Shown here in pieces: positions 8,921 to 17,764 of a stretch of DNA of 64,000 bases (position 1 is the stretch's first letter; every line of letters starts with the position of its first letter). The stretch lies in the sequence record MZ443780.1, one strand, 5' to 3'. Under the pieces are notes generated by a model, which ran no database searches, was not told the origin of the DNA, and saw nothing but the letters and a program-made list of their open reading frames with translations. A program made the translations under genes and the position numbers.

Positions 8921-9945
8921 GTAGATCGTTTGCCAGTATCGGAAAGAACTCCGCGCCTGGTTCTTTGCCAAAGATGAAGATCAAGTACGGCAAGAAGCCG
9001 ATGCTTCACGTTGTTGATGCGTCGAACTGGATGTGCCGTGCTTACTTCGCTACGCAGAAAAATCCCACGTATGCGAAAGACGGTACGCCTACTTACGGCC
9101 TTCGTCAATTCATGTACATGGTCAAAGACTTGATCGACATTGCTGCTAAGGACCCGAACGGTGCGTATCTCGCTTTCTGCTTTGACCCAAGCTCAAGCGA
9201 TACGTGGCGTTATCGAGCAATACAGCAATGGGCTGCTGAACACAAGAAGAAATACATTCGTCAGGTGTTCAAGAAGTCTAGCGACTACAAAGGCAACCGC
9301 GACCGTACTCAGACCGTAGAGCTTGGCCCGCAGATGACACTCGCCCGAGAGATTCTGCAAATGGCGGGTTACTATGTCGGCATTAAAAAGCCGTATGAGT
9401 GCGATGACCTTGTGGGTACGTTGAGCGACCGCTTCAAGCACGACTACCTGATCAAGCTGTATTCGCGTGACAAAGACTACGTGCAACTTGTTGACCACAA
9501 GAACGTTGAGCTTATCATGCAAGCGCAGTCGAATGCTGCTGAACGCCGATTCGATTACAAAACAGCAAAAGGTTTCTTCGGTGTTCCTGCCGACCGAGTT
9601 ATCGACATGCTTGCTCTTTGTGGTGACGGCGTGGATAACGTGCCTGGCATTCCGGGACTTGGTGAGAAGACCTCGATTGAGCTTATCAATAAGTGGGGTG
9701 GGGCGATTGGTATTCGTGACGCTCTGCTGAAAGGCAAACTCAAGTCGAACGCTGGCTGGGCTAAAGCACTCATGATGCAAGTACCAGCTATGGATATTGA
9801 ATTGCAAATGGAGCTTGTAACTATCGACCGCAACGTACCGTCGTTACCTCGTAACATCGAAGCGTTTGCACCGCGCAGACCAGACATAAAAGCGCTGAAA
9901 GCTGTTAAGAAGCGCCTGGCTCTGCCTCAACTATTACACGTCTAG
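8917..9945 (+). CDS. 5'-3' exonuclease / flap endonuclease (PolI N-terminal, T5 D15/T4 RNase H-like)
   Basis: VVDASN, ECDDLVGT, SRDKDYVQL, LCGDGVDNVPGIPGLGEKT helix-3-turn-helix motifs. Confidence 0.92.
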   Translation: MSRSFASIGKNSAPGSLPKMKIKYGKKPMLHVVDASNWMCRAYFATQKNPTYAKDGTPTYGLRQFMYMVKDLIDIAAKDPNGAYLAFCFDPSSSDTWRYRAIQQWAAEHKKKYIRQVFKKSSDYKGNRDRTQTVELGPQMTLAREILQMAGYYVGIKKPYECDDLVGTLSDRFKHDYLIKLYSRDKDYVQLVDHKNVELIMQAQSNAAERRFDYKTAKGFFGVPADRVIDMLALCGDGVDNVPGIPGLGEKTSIELINKWGGAIGIRDALLKGKLKSNAGWAKALMMQVPAMDIELQMELVTIDRNVPSLPRNIEAFAPRRPDIKALKAVKKRLALPQLLHV

Positions 9946-9956
9946 TAGAGGACAGC

Positions 9957-10499
9957 ATGACGGAAAAGATTACGCAGTTGGCAAAGTGGTTTGATGCGGC
10001 GAAAGTCGCATTCAAGATGGGGACAGTTAATCCAGACGGTGATGCTGCGTTGCTTCTGGCAATTCACAAACGTCTGATTAAAGAAGTCGAAGATGCTGGT
10101 GATGCAGAAACCAAAGCATTCGCTCAGACAAATCTGTCAGAGTTCATTTCGGACCTGCGCATAGAGCTGCGCATGTTCGACCTGATCTGCAGGCGCTTCA
10201 ACACTGACCTGTACCCTCAGATCAAAATCGGCGATGACGTCAAAATCTATATCGCGCTCATGGCTCAAACGCCGGGCAGTGCTGTAATGGCAATGACGTA
10301 CCTGTATCTTGCTCGCTGCTACACGCTGCAAGACATGATCTTAAACTTCCTCCCGAACGGCTTCCCGGCCTCAGATGCTCTCGGTCTTACGTGGAGCATT
10401 CAAAAAGGGAACAGTGATGCGTTCACCGGAAATCTGGTGGACGATATCGAAACTGTAAATAGCCTGTACAATAAGATGTATAGCTCAGGAGAGAAGTAA
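9957..10499 (+). CDS. hypothetical protein
   Basis: GAGGA SD; 180 aa. Confidence 0.7.
   Translation: MTEKITQLAKWFDAAKVAFKMGTVNPDGDAALLLAIHKRLIKEVEDAGDAETKAFAQTNLSEFISDLRIELRMFDLICRRFNTDLYPQIKIGDDVKIYIALMAQTPGSAVMAMTYLYLARCYTLQDMILNFLPNGFPASDALGLTWSIQKGNSDAFTGNLVDDIETVNSLYNKMYSSGEK
10452..10461 (+). promoter_or_regulatory. candidate promoter variant ACTGTAAATA
   Basis: 47 nt upstream of macrodomain gene start. Confidence 0.4.
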
Positions 10500-11086
10500 T
10501 GGATTTGTCTGCAATCGGTTACGCTTCGAAACAGTTCCGAGTAATCCCCGTTGAGAAGGGAAATCTCGTGACTGATTTTATTCAAGGTAAGTTCCGCGTT
10601 ATCGGTGTTGAGTGCAATGCCCGTGGTGCTTACGGTAGTCCTATCCAGCAGAGTATCGCACGGCGCTTCCCGGAAGTCATGCGCAAAGTCGAATCAGTTG
10701 ACTACGAGCATGAACTGACTATCGGTAAGACTCATCTTATTCGTGTTGGTACTCAACACCGCCGCAATCTGTTTGTTGCTAACATGCACATTGCTCGCGG
10801 TTTCGGTCTGGGCCTCAATCGCACTATGTCCGAAGGCCCGATCAACCGTTTCAGTGAGCAGCACCTGACGCGAGCGTTTGAACATCTGATTGAACAGTGT
10901 GATAAAGAGAACATCGCACTCGACCGTCAGATCGCTATTCAGCGCTTCTATGGTGGACTCGGCGGAGTTTCGTGGGAAGAAGTATGTGTAGTCCTTGATG
11001 CTATCTGTGAAAAGCACAAGTTCAACATGTACGCGTACCTACCACGTAACTACAATTCTAACTACGTGCGTGGTAGCGCGAACTAA
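10499..11086 (+). CDS. macrodomain protein (Poa1p/TARG1/T4 Tk.4-like), divergent
   Basis: KGNL..., VECNARGAYGSPIQQSIARRFP, VANM, IAIQRFYGGLGGVSWEEV match the macro-fold pattern GDL/CN..G.MG.GIA/P.IG.GLGG..W. Confidence 0.7.
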   Translation: MDLSAIGYASKQFRVIPVEKGNLVTDFIQGKFRVIGVECNARGAYGSPIQQSIARRFPEVMRKVESVDYEHELTIGKTHLIRVGTQHRRNLFVANMHIARGFGLGLNRTMSEGPINRFSEQHLTRAFEHLIEQCDKENIALDRQIAIQRFYGGLGGVSWEEVCVVLDAICEKHKFNMYAYLPRNYNSNYVRGSAN

Positions 11087-11098
11087 CTCTGGGGTGTA

Positions 11099-11443
11099 TT
11101 GATGAATACAATACGCGGATTTGATTGGCTCTTTTACGGAGATGGAACCGATAGCGGCCAACACTCAATTTTAAGTATCGTCGTTGAACAAGCGGCGAAA
11201 TCAATACAGGTGGAAGTAGAACAAGGAAGTGCCGTGCCTGTAATTCAAGCGATTCAGGAAAACGAAGTCCTGTACGCGCAGACGGACGAAGGGCTTTATC
11301 GCGTTCGTTACAGTTGTTCGTTCCGTGGTCTTGACCCGAACTTCTTCCCGCAAGACAAAACGACATTCCGTTTGAAGCTCATCTCGTTTGAGTTTCTTCC
11401 GGGAGTTACTACGCACGATAAGCTGTTGGAGTACGTGCCATGA
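11099..11443 (+). CDS. hypothetical protein
   Basis: 114-aa ORF in operon. Confidence 0.6.
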   Translation: MMNTIRGFDWLFYGDGTDSGQHSILSIVVEQAAKSIQVEVEQGSAVPVIQAIQENEVLYAQTDEGLYRVRYSCSFRGLDPNFFPQDKTTFRLKLISFEFLPGVTTHDKLLEYVP

Positions 11444-12201
11444 TTACTGTGCAGAAAATTGAAGCCCGTTTAAAAAGACTGGACTATACTCGCCCCTCAC
11501 CTAGTCGTGAGATGCTTGAGGGACTTATGAAAGATGGACGCACTCGCATTCTTAGCAAATCAGCTTCGAGTGACCTGTGCAAAGACTCGATGGAATACTT
11601 CGAGTTCTGCCTTTCGCAAGTCGGCTCTTTCTGTACTGCGTCGTACAATGCTGTGGAGATTGGTCTGTCTCTCAACATTCAACCGATTTATATCGCTGCT
11701 GCTATTCACCTGTACGGTAGCGATTGGCAGTTCCGTTTCCTTGAGCTTAAACGTTTCGGTCTGCTTGCTCGTGGTGATTACTCTGTGTGGAAGTCTGCTG
11801 ACGCATGGTTCGGCCTGGGTGAATGTCGTCGTCGCTTAGTACGTGCTGGTGTGACGAACGAAATCTCCAGCGGTCAGTCTGAGCTTCGCATGGCAGTACG
11901 CAAAGGTGAGCTGGACAAGATTCGTGAGATTGCCAAGAAGTTTCCGCATCGCATGATGTCCATTCTCGACGTGAAGCGTGACCCACTGTATAACGATCCT
12001 CGTATTGCGGCATCACGTAAAGCGCGTGAGAAAGCAAAGGCAGAAGCTGCTGCTGCCGGTAAGAAGCTGGCTGAACCTCGTTCGTACTCTGACCTGAGCG
12101 CTGTGTTCAACGGAGCAATCGCGCCTCGTAATACTGATCGTGGGTTTAGCGATTCGTCAGAAACTCGCGGTACGGTGAACGGTCGTCGTTTTCGTGTCTG
12201 A
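11440..12201 (+). CDS. hypothetical protein
   Basis: 253-aa ORF, ATGA overlap. Confidence 0.65.
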   Translation: MITVQKIEARLKRLDYTRPSPSREMLEGLMKDGRTRILSKSASSDLCKDSMEYFEFCLSQVGSFCTASYNAVEIGLSLNIQPIYIAAAIHLYGSDWQFRFLELKRFGLLARGDYSVWKSADAWFGLGECRRRLVRAGVTNEISSGQSELRMAVRKGELDKIREIAKKFPHRMMSILDVKRDPLYNDPRIAASRKAREKAKAEAAAAGKKLAEPRSYSDLSAVFNGAIAPRNTDRGFSDSSETRGTVNGRRFRV

Positions 12202-12251
12202 TAACTGCGAACGGTAATTTCTGCTGTCAAAACAAATAACGGAAACCTCCA

Positions 12252-13022
12252 ATGAGCAACATTGATAATACAATGCCTGAGGGCAAGTGGGAGTTCAACG
12301 AGCCTGTTGCTGCTGTGTTTGATAACATGCTGCAAAACTCAATCCCGTCGTATGGCCGTATGCGCGACTTGACCTATCGTCTGGGTCGTCAGTTCGTCAC
12401 GCCCGGTACTGCTATCGTTGACCTCGGAGCTTCTCTGGGTCGTGCTATTGAGCCGTTCTGCAAAGAGTTCGGCGAGTACATCTACGTTCACGCTGCTGAC
12501 CGTCCTGAGCCAGATCGTGAAATCGGTAACATGTACTGCTGCTACGAAGTCGCTCCTGCGATGCTTGAACGCCTGCGTGAAAACGAAGTGCTGAAAGCGG
12601 CCAAAGCGAAAATCAGTAGCGAATCGCTGGTGGACGTTGACACGTTCCGCTTCGACGAACAGGTTGAGTGCTCGCTCATTCTGTCTGTACTCACTCTCCA
12701 GTTCACGCCGATTGAACATCGTCAACACGTCCTTGAGAAAGTCTATGACTCTCTTGCAAAAGGCGGTGCGTTCATTCTCGTTGAGAAGGTTCTCGGTGAC
12801 GACAACTTCCTCGACCGTCTGCTGGTGGACACGTACTATCACATGAAAGGCGACAACGGCTACACGCAAGAATCTATTGCTTGTAAGCGTAAGTCACTCG
12901 AAGGTGTTCTGGTACCTGTCAAAGCTGCATGGAACGAAGAACTGCTGCGCAAAGCGGGTTTCAACCGTGTAGAATGTTTCTACCGCGATCTCAACTTCGC
13001 CGGATGGATCGCAATTAAGTAA
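12252..13022 (+). CDS. cmoA: carboxy-S-adenosyl-L-methionine synthase (CmoA family)
   Basis: Full-length similarity to E. coli CmoA as recalled: W.F.E.VA.VF..M...S.P.Y, VDLGASLG, TLQF, GGAFIL.EK, K..NGY....I..KR..LE.V (Arg corresponding to the Cx-SAM-binding Arg retained), L.KAGF....F...NF. Confidence 0.88.
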   Translation: MSNIDNTMPEGKWEFNEPVAAVFDNMLQNSIPSYGRMRDLTYRLGRQFVTPGTAIVDLGASLGRAIEPFCKEFGEYIYVHAADRPEPDREIGNMYCCYEVAPAMLERLRENEVLKAAKAKISSESLVDVDTFRFDEQVECSLILSVLTLQFTPIEHRQHVLEKVYDSLAKGGAFILVEKVLGDDNFLDRLLVDTYYHMKGDNGYTQESIACKRKSLEGVLVPVKAAWNEELLRKAGFNRVECFYRDLNFAGWIAIK

Positions 13023-13032
13023 GGGAAGTAGC

Positions 13033-14295
13033 ATGAAAGTAAACGGGCGTATCTTAGCAATCGTACCGCACAAGACTCTGGCTGATCGCACGAAGTCTGG
13101 TGTTGGTGCTTACATCGACGGACTCGAAGCGTATGGTTTCTGCGACTTCATCACTGACGGTGAGAACAGTTCCGTAACCAAGAGCTTGTGGTTTAACTAC
13201 GGTGATACCACGCTGAGTGACGGTTATAAAGTGGGGCACATTCAAAGTGAACTGCTTGCTGCTCTTGAGCGTCATCCGTATCGTGCAATCATTTGCAGCA
13301 CATACGAAGCGATTGAGGCTGCTGTCGGTCTGGGCTTGCCAAAGATTATGCCCGTTTACTATCGTTCGCATAACAGCTTCCTGTTGACGCAAGATCTCAA
13401 TGGTCTCGGTGCTGAGAAGATTCACCGTGCTCTACTGCAAGCTGGCGTAACTGGTCTGCGTGTGTTAGCGAACTGTGATTCAACTGCAAACAATCTGGCA
13501 TCACGTTATCCTGTTGCTGCGTCTGTCGCGTACAACTCGTTCAACGTGCCTGACTACAATCCACCAGCAAAGCGCAAGCCGACGCTGTTGATTATCTGTC
13601 GCTACGAAAAGGTTAAGCGCCCTGCGTTTGCTGCTCGTATCGCTGCTGCATCTGGTCTGCCTGTTCGTGTGATGACAGGCAGTGATCGCCAAGTTAAAAG
13701 CTGGCAGAAAGAACTGACCGATGCCGGTGTCAAAGACCATACAGTCGTTAGCGGTATCAGTGGCAAAGAGAAACTTGAGTTCATCGGCGCTTGTACCGTG
13801 GCTCTCTCCTGCGCTGAAATCGAATCGTTCGCTAACGGTGTGCGTGAGTCTGTACCGTACTGCCCAACGTTCATCGTGCAAACATCGAAGTTCGACTGGG
13901 CGAAAGATTACACACGCTTCTGCTCTCTGGACAAACACATCCACGTTCGCACTGTTGACCGTGTGACAGAGCAGGAAGTCACTGAGCTGGGTAATGAGAT
14001 TGCTTACTGGGCTACTACTCGCTACCTGAACAATGCTCAACGTAAAGACTTGATGACCAAGTGGGTTGCTCAAGTCGATAAGGGCTGGGCTGACTTTATG
14101 AAGAATGCCGTTGTTGCTGATGACGGCAAGCCCATGAAAACTGACCTGTCGAAAGAACTCGAACAAAAAGGCGTAGTAGACTGGTCAGAAGTACCTGCGC
14201 TTATGCGTACTGTAAAAGCATTACACAAATGCCATGCTCGTATGGGCCTGACATTCGATGGCACCAAAATCAAAACTAAAGGAAGAAAGAAATGA
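13033..14295 (+). CDS. GT-B (GT4-like) glycosyltransferase
   Basis: ICRYEKVKR (cf. GRL..EKG) and ALSCAEIESFANGVRES (cf. PS..EGFG....EA). Confidence 0.65.
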   Translation: MKVNGRILAIVPHKTLADRTKSGVGAYIDGLEAYGFCDFITDGENSSVTKSLWFNYGDTTLSDGYKVGHIQSELLAALERHPYRAIICSTYEAIEAAVGLGLPKIMPVYYRSHNSFLLTQDLNGLGAEKIHRALLQAGVTGLRVLANCDSTANNLASRYPVAASVAYNSFNVPDYNPPAKRKPTLLIICRYEKVKRPAFAARIAAASGLPVRVMTGSDRQVKSWQKELTDAGVKDHTVVSGISGKEKLEFIGACTVALSCAEIESFANGVRESVPYCPTFIVQTSKFDWAKDYTRFCSLDKHIHVRTVDRVTEQEVTELGNEIAYWATTRYLNNAQRKDLMTKWVAQVDKGWADFMKNAVVADDGKPMKTDLSKELEQKGVVDWSEVPALMRTVKALHKCHARMGLTFDGTKIKTKGRKK

Positions 14296-15326
14296 GCGTG
14301 ATTGGTGATATCTATAACATTCCTCAACCGTATGCGATGTACTGCGGCAATGCCAAAACCAAAGCAATGGCAAAGATTACTGCCGGTATGGTTGAGTGGG
14401 CTCCTGAGAAGGTATGTTGTGTAGTCGAAGACGCTGAACGTTTGTTCGCTGACGTACCGTGTGTTGAAGTGCGCGATCTCGATAAGACCGACGCTGAAAC
14501 TCTGGTTATCGGCTTTGCGCCATTTGGCGGTCAGATTAACGATGACATTGATCGCGTTGTCTGCGAAGCATTAAAGCGCGGTCTGAACGTTGCTGCTGCT
14601 CTGCACGTCAAACTGGCAGACAATCCTAAATACTTCGCGCTCGCTCGTGAGCACGGTGTATCACTGTATGACTTCCGTCATCACCCTGAGCAATATCCTC
14701 TGGGCACTGGTATTCGTCGTGACGGTATTCGCGTTCTGACTGTTGGCACCGACTGCTCCTGCGGTAAGAAATTCACTGCGCTCGCTCTGACCAAGAAGCT
14801 GACCGAGATGAGTCAGAAAGCTGTGTTCTGTGCTACAGGCCAGACAGGCTTCTTGATTAGCGGGCGTGGCATCAACAACGACACTGTGGTTGCTGACTTC
14901 CTTGCTGGTGCTGCTGAGTGGCTTTCACCTGATGACAAAGACGCAATCTATTTGATTGAAGGTCAAGGCGCTATTCGTCACCCTGCGTATACTGGTGGCA
15001 GCATGAGTCTGATTGCTGGCTCGCAACCTGATGCGCTCGTTATGTGTCACACTGTTGGCCGTAACGTCATGATGGGCACTGAGCGCGAGATCAGTATCAC
15101 GGACGAAATCTCTGCTAACCTTGCAGCGGCTGCGATGCACGACTGGTACCCTCGCGTTGTTGGTATCAGTATCAACTTCTGCGAGTCTGGTATGGACAAA
15201 GAACAGCGCAAGAAATATCTGGCGACTATTGAGCGTAACATCGGTTATGTAGCGTTTGATCCGCAAGAAGGCGGCGAAGCGTTTGACCGTGTTGCTACTA
15301 CCATCGCGTTGCTGTCGCGCCCATGA
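14292..15326 (+). CDS. DUF1611-family P-loop protein (DgcN-like)
   Basis: LVIGFAPFGG, G.NVAAALH, VLTVGTDCSCGKKFT, ATGQTG, DTVVADFLAGAAE, IEGQGAIRHPAY, GSQPDALVMCH. Confidence 0.88.
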   Translation: MSVIGDIYNIPQPYAMYCGNAKTKAMAKITAGMVEWAPEKVCCVVEDAERLFADVPCVEVRDLDKTDAETLVIGFAPFGGQINDDIDRVVCEALKRGLNVAAALHVKLADNPKYFALAREHGVSLYDFRHHPEQYPLGTGIRRDGIRVLTVGTDCSCGKKFTALALTKKLTEMSQKAVFCATGQTGFLISGRGINNDTVVADFLAGAAEWLSPDDKDAIYLIEGQGAIRHPAYTGGSMSLIAGSQPDALVMCHTVGRNVMMGTEREISITDEISANLAAAAMHDWYPRVVGISINFCESGMDKEQRKKYLATIERNIGYVAFDPQEGGEAFDRVATTIALLSRP

Positions 15327-16258
15327 TAGTCCTAATAGACAACGCTGCGTTAGCGAGTAATGCAGCGTATTTAAAATCACTCGCACCGACCATGATTCCA
15401 GTTGTGAAAGGTAATTTCTATGGGCATGGTTTAGATTGCGTGACAGCGTTCGCGTCTGACTTTGACGTGCTTGCAGTGCATAACGTCCGAGAGGCATTGA
15501 CGCTGCGTGAGCTTGGGCTTGACCACACGCTGCTGATTCTCGGTGGTACTGACGCGCGTATGTGGAATATAGTTCCGGTATTGAATGCAGCGCAAGCCTC
15601 AACGTATGAAGGCCAGTATGCTGTGTTTGCTGATTGGGGCTGTCGTCGTATCAATGTCAGCCCTGGCCAACTTACCAGTCGCCCAGCTCTCGTTCTCATT
15701 CACTCTGAGGACTACCGTCAGCCTGTGTCTGCGCACACTGCTAACGAGATTGCTGTGCGTTACAACATGCCGCGCTCTCGATTGTCTGTAGGCTCAAGCA
15801 TGAATGCGCTTACACCAGACGCGCCGAAGTTGATGCCGCGTGTTGGTATGGCACTTACCGGTTATAGCAGTGATGAAACTGTTAACGGTAATTTGATCGT
15901 AGCGAAGACAGTGCTTGCTCGCATCTGCGATAAGCTGGATGCTGGTCGAGTATTTGGTTACGGTGCATTAGTGCCTAACAGCGCACACATGTTCCTGTAT
16001 TCGATTGATGTGGGTTATTACGATAACTTATATCAGTCAGAGAACAACACGCCTGTGCATTGCCCTAATGTGCCACACGCTAAGGTCACGTTGCTTACTG
16101 GCGTTGCGCGATCAATCAGCATGAACCATGCCTTCGTATTGTCAGATACTGAGCTACCGTTCGACTCTGAAATTGAATTGCTCGGACCGAACGTTCGCGC
16201 AGATTATCTGGCCAAACTTCACGGAACAACAACTGCGAATATTTTAAGGCTGGGTTAA
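15323..16258 (+). CDS. alr: PLP-dependent alanine-racemase-like enzyme
   Basis: PLP lysine motif VVKGNFYGHG, EALTLRELG, PRVGMALTG, catalytic Tyr in FGYG, VGYYD, SISMN; shortened barrel. Confidence 0.75.
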   Translation: MIVLIDNAALASNAAYLKSLAPTMIPVVKGNFYGHGLDCVTAFASDFDVLAVHNVREALTLRELGLDHTLLILGGTDARMWNIVPVLNAAQASTYEGQYAVFADWGCRRINVSPGQLTSRPALVLIHSEDYRQPVSAHTANEIAVRYNMPRSRLSVGSSMNALTPDAPKLMPRVGMALTGYSSDETVNGNLIVAKTVLARICDKLDAGRVFGYGALVPNSAHMFLYSIDVGYYDNLYQSENNTPVHCPNVPHAKVTLLTGVARSISMNHAFVLSDTELPFDSEIELLGPNVRADYLAKLHGTTTANILRLG

Positions 16259-16260
16259 TC

Positions 16261-17130
16261 ATGGCTAAACACGTTTTGCGTAAGCTGTTTGAACAGCACG
16301 TTAAGCAAGAGGTTAAAGCGGACAAAGTTGCAGTGCTGCTGTCCAGCGGCCTTGACGGACTTGTCAGTGCTCTTGCTGCCCACGACTTAGGAAAGAAGGT
16401 ACATGCCTTTACTTTCCAGATGGGTGACAACGAAAGTTTTGACAGCAAACACGCACGTAAAGTAGCAGAGAAGATGGGCTGGGAGTTCACGCTTGTGAAA
16501 GTTCCTACGTCCGACACTGCTATCGCTCAGGGCTGGCGCACACTTCACGCCAAGTATCGCTGTATCAAAAAGCGTGACTACGAGTGTGCTTACCCTATGG
16601 TGTATTGCTACAAGGCAATCAAAGAAGCAGGTTACAAGTACGTTCTCAGCGGCCTTGTTGCTGACGCTTACTTCTGCTTTGCGCGTAATACCCACATCGC
16701 AAAAATCAGCGGCCCGCATAGCGTACTCGAAAAGTTCGACGAGTATCGCAAAGAGTATTGGGCGCCGTGGTTCAAGAACGGTAAGAAGTCTCTCGGCGTT
16801 GACGGCTATAATCCAAGTGGTATGCTGCAACACGAAATGCTGTGCGACACTTTCGGCCTGACTCACGTTAACCCGTGGCTGTTGAAAAAAGTCCATGACT
16901 ACTTCATCGGTCGTTCGTGGCAAGAACTAAATCAACCCAAGCAGAAAATGCCAATAACAGAAGCCTGGGCTGATCACATCGCTGTGGTAGGGCATCGTCC
17001 TCACCGTGGCTATCAAACAGAAGCTGGAGTACCTGCGTACTTCGAACGCTTACTGGATAATCCTGAGATCAACTTCAACGGTCGCAAGCGTGTTATGGAC
17101 CTTGCGCGTGATTGGTCAACGAGGACTTAA
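16261..17130 (+). CDS. asparagine-synthetase-like ATP-dependent amide ligase lacking glutaminase domain (CmoY-like)
   Basis: PP-loop VAVLLSSGLDG, HAFTF, VLSGLVADAYF (cf. SGEGADELF), NPWL..., K..ITEAW; only 289 aa. Confidence 0.75.
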   Translation: MAKHVLRKLFEQHVKQEVKADKVAVLLSSGLDGLVSALAAHDLGKKVHAFTFQMGDNESFDSKHARKVAEKMGWEFTLVKVPTSDTAIAQGWRTLHAKYRCIKKRDYECAYPMVYCYKAIKEAGYKYVLSGLVADAYFCFARNTHIAKISGPHSVLEKFDEYRKEYWAPWFKNGKKSLGVDGYNPSGMLQHEMLCDTFGLTHVNPWLLKKVHDYFIGRSWQELNQPKQKMPITEAWADHIAVVGHRPHRGYQTEAGVPAYFERLLDNPEINFNGRKRVMDLARDWSTRT

Positions 17131-17131
17131 T

Positions 17132-17752
17132 ATGTTAGTACACATCATTGACGGAAGCGTAGGCGGTAACTATGTATTCCATAATCTGCAAGAGGCTGGC
17201 ATCAACGCGCGTGTTCATGCTCCTAGTGATCCACGTCGCCGCGCAGTAGCAGCAACCTATCCTTCGCTGTCTATGGGATTTACTCCCGAAGAGATTGAGA
17301 AGCATATCGGTAATGTGCTTGGCACGTATCGCGGTCTGTTCTTGATTAGCAGCTATGTTGGTTCGCTGGTGGCTCGCAGTATGATTGACCAGTGTGGTCA
17401 GAGTCATAACATCATCTACTGCGATGATCTCAAGTGCGGGTCTACGCCTGTCGTTGCTTCCTCGATTTCTGTAAATGTCTATCAGAAGCAACGACAACTC
17501 GGACGCATTGCAGGTCGAATCAAACACTTCGACTTCGACCATGAGTTCATTGTAGCTGACAAGGCTGTGCGTTTTGCAGCAGGGTCAGAATTTGATGAGC
17601 ATGGTGCGCGTGAAGAACTGGACGACACGCCCAAGTTCTTATCGAGTCCGTCAATGATTGTTGCTGCACACAAACTCGGTGTGAAGCGCAACGTGTATCA
17701 CAACTACGCTGGTCTGGTGCAAGAGTTCCTTGAAAAGCGCCAGCAGCAATAA
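17132..17752 (+). CDS. degenerate Asp/Glu-racemase-fold-like protein
   Basis: Start re-assigned to ATG 17132 after GAGGA; IIDGSVGG resembles MurI FDSGVGG; catalytic-Cys positions appear to be Ser (LISSY, LSSPS). Confidence 0.35.
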   Translation: MLVHIIDGSVGGNYVFHNLQEAGINARVHAPSDPRRRAVAATYPSLSMGFTPEEIEKHIGNVLGTYRGLFLISSYVGSLVARSMIDQCGQSHNIIYCDDLKCGSTPVVASSISVNVYQKQRQLGRIAGRIKHFDFDHEFIVADKAVRFAAGSEFDEHGAREELDDTPKFLSSPSMIVAAHKLGVKRNVYHNYAGLVQEFLEKRQQQ

Positions 17753-17764
17753 CGCGAGGGTACG

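Noticed and set aside
12252-13022. CmoA acting only in tRNA cmo5U modification
   Set aside because: No CmoB or tRNA genes are seen in the window, while an Arg-type DNA C5 transferase and an amide ligase are present. Disfavoured rather than excluded, because host CmoB could use the Cx-SAM.
9193-14166. Long - strand ORFs (e.g. 9193..9807, 11874..12335, 13501..14166) and similar ones elsewhere
   Set aside because: They are antisense shadows of well-supported + strand genes, lack SD sites and show no motifs.
17006-17131. Track start at 17006 for the last operon gene
   Set aside because: It overlaps the amide-ligase gene by 125 nt; ATG 17132 has a GAGGA SD and follows the upstream stop.
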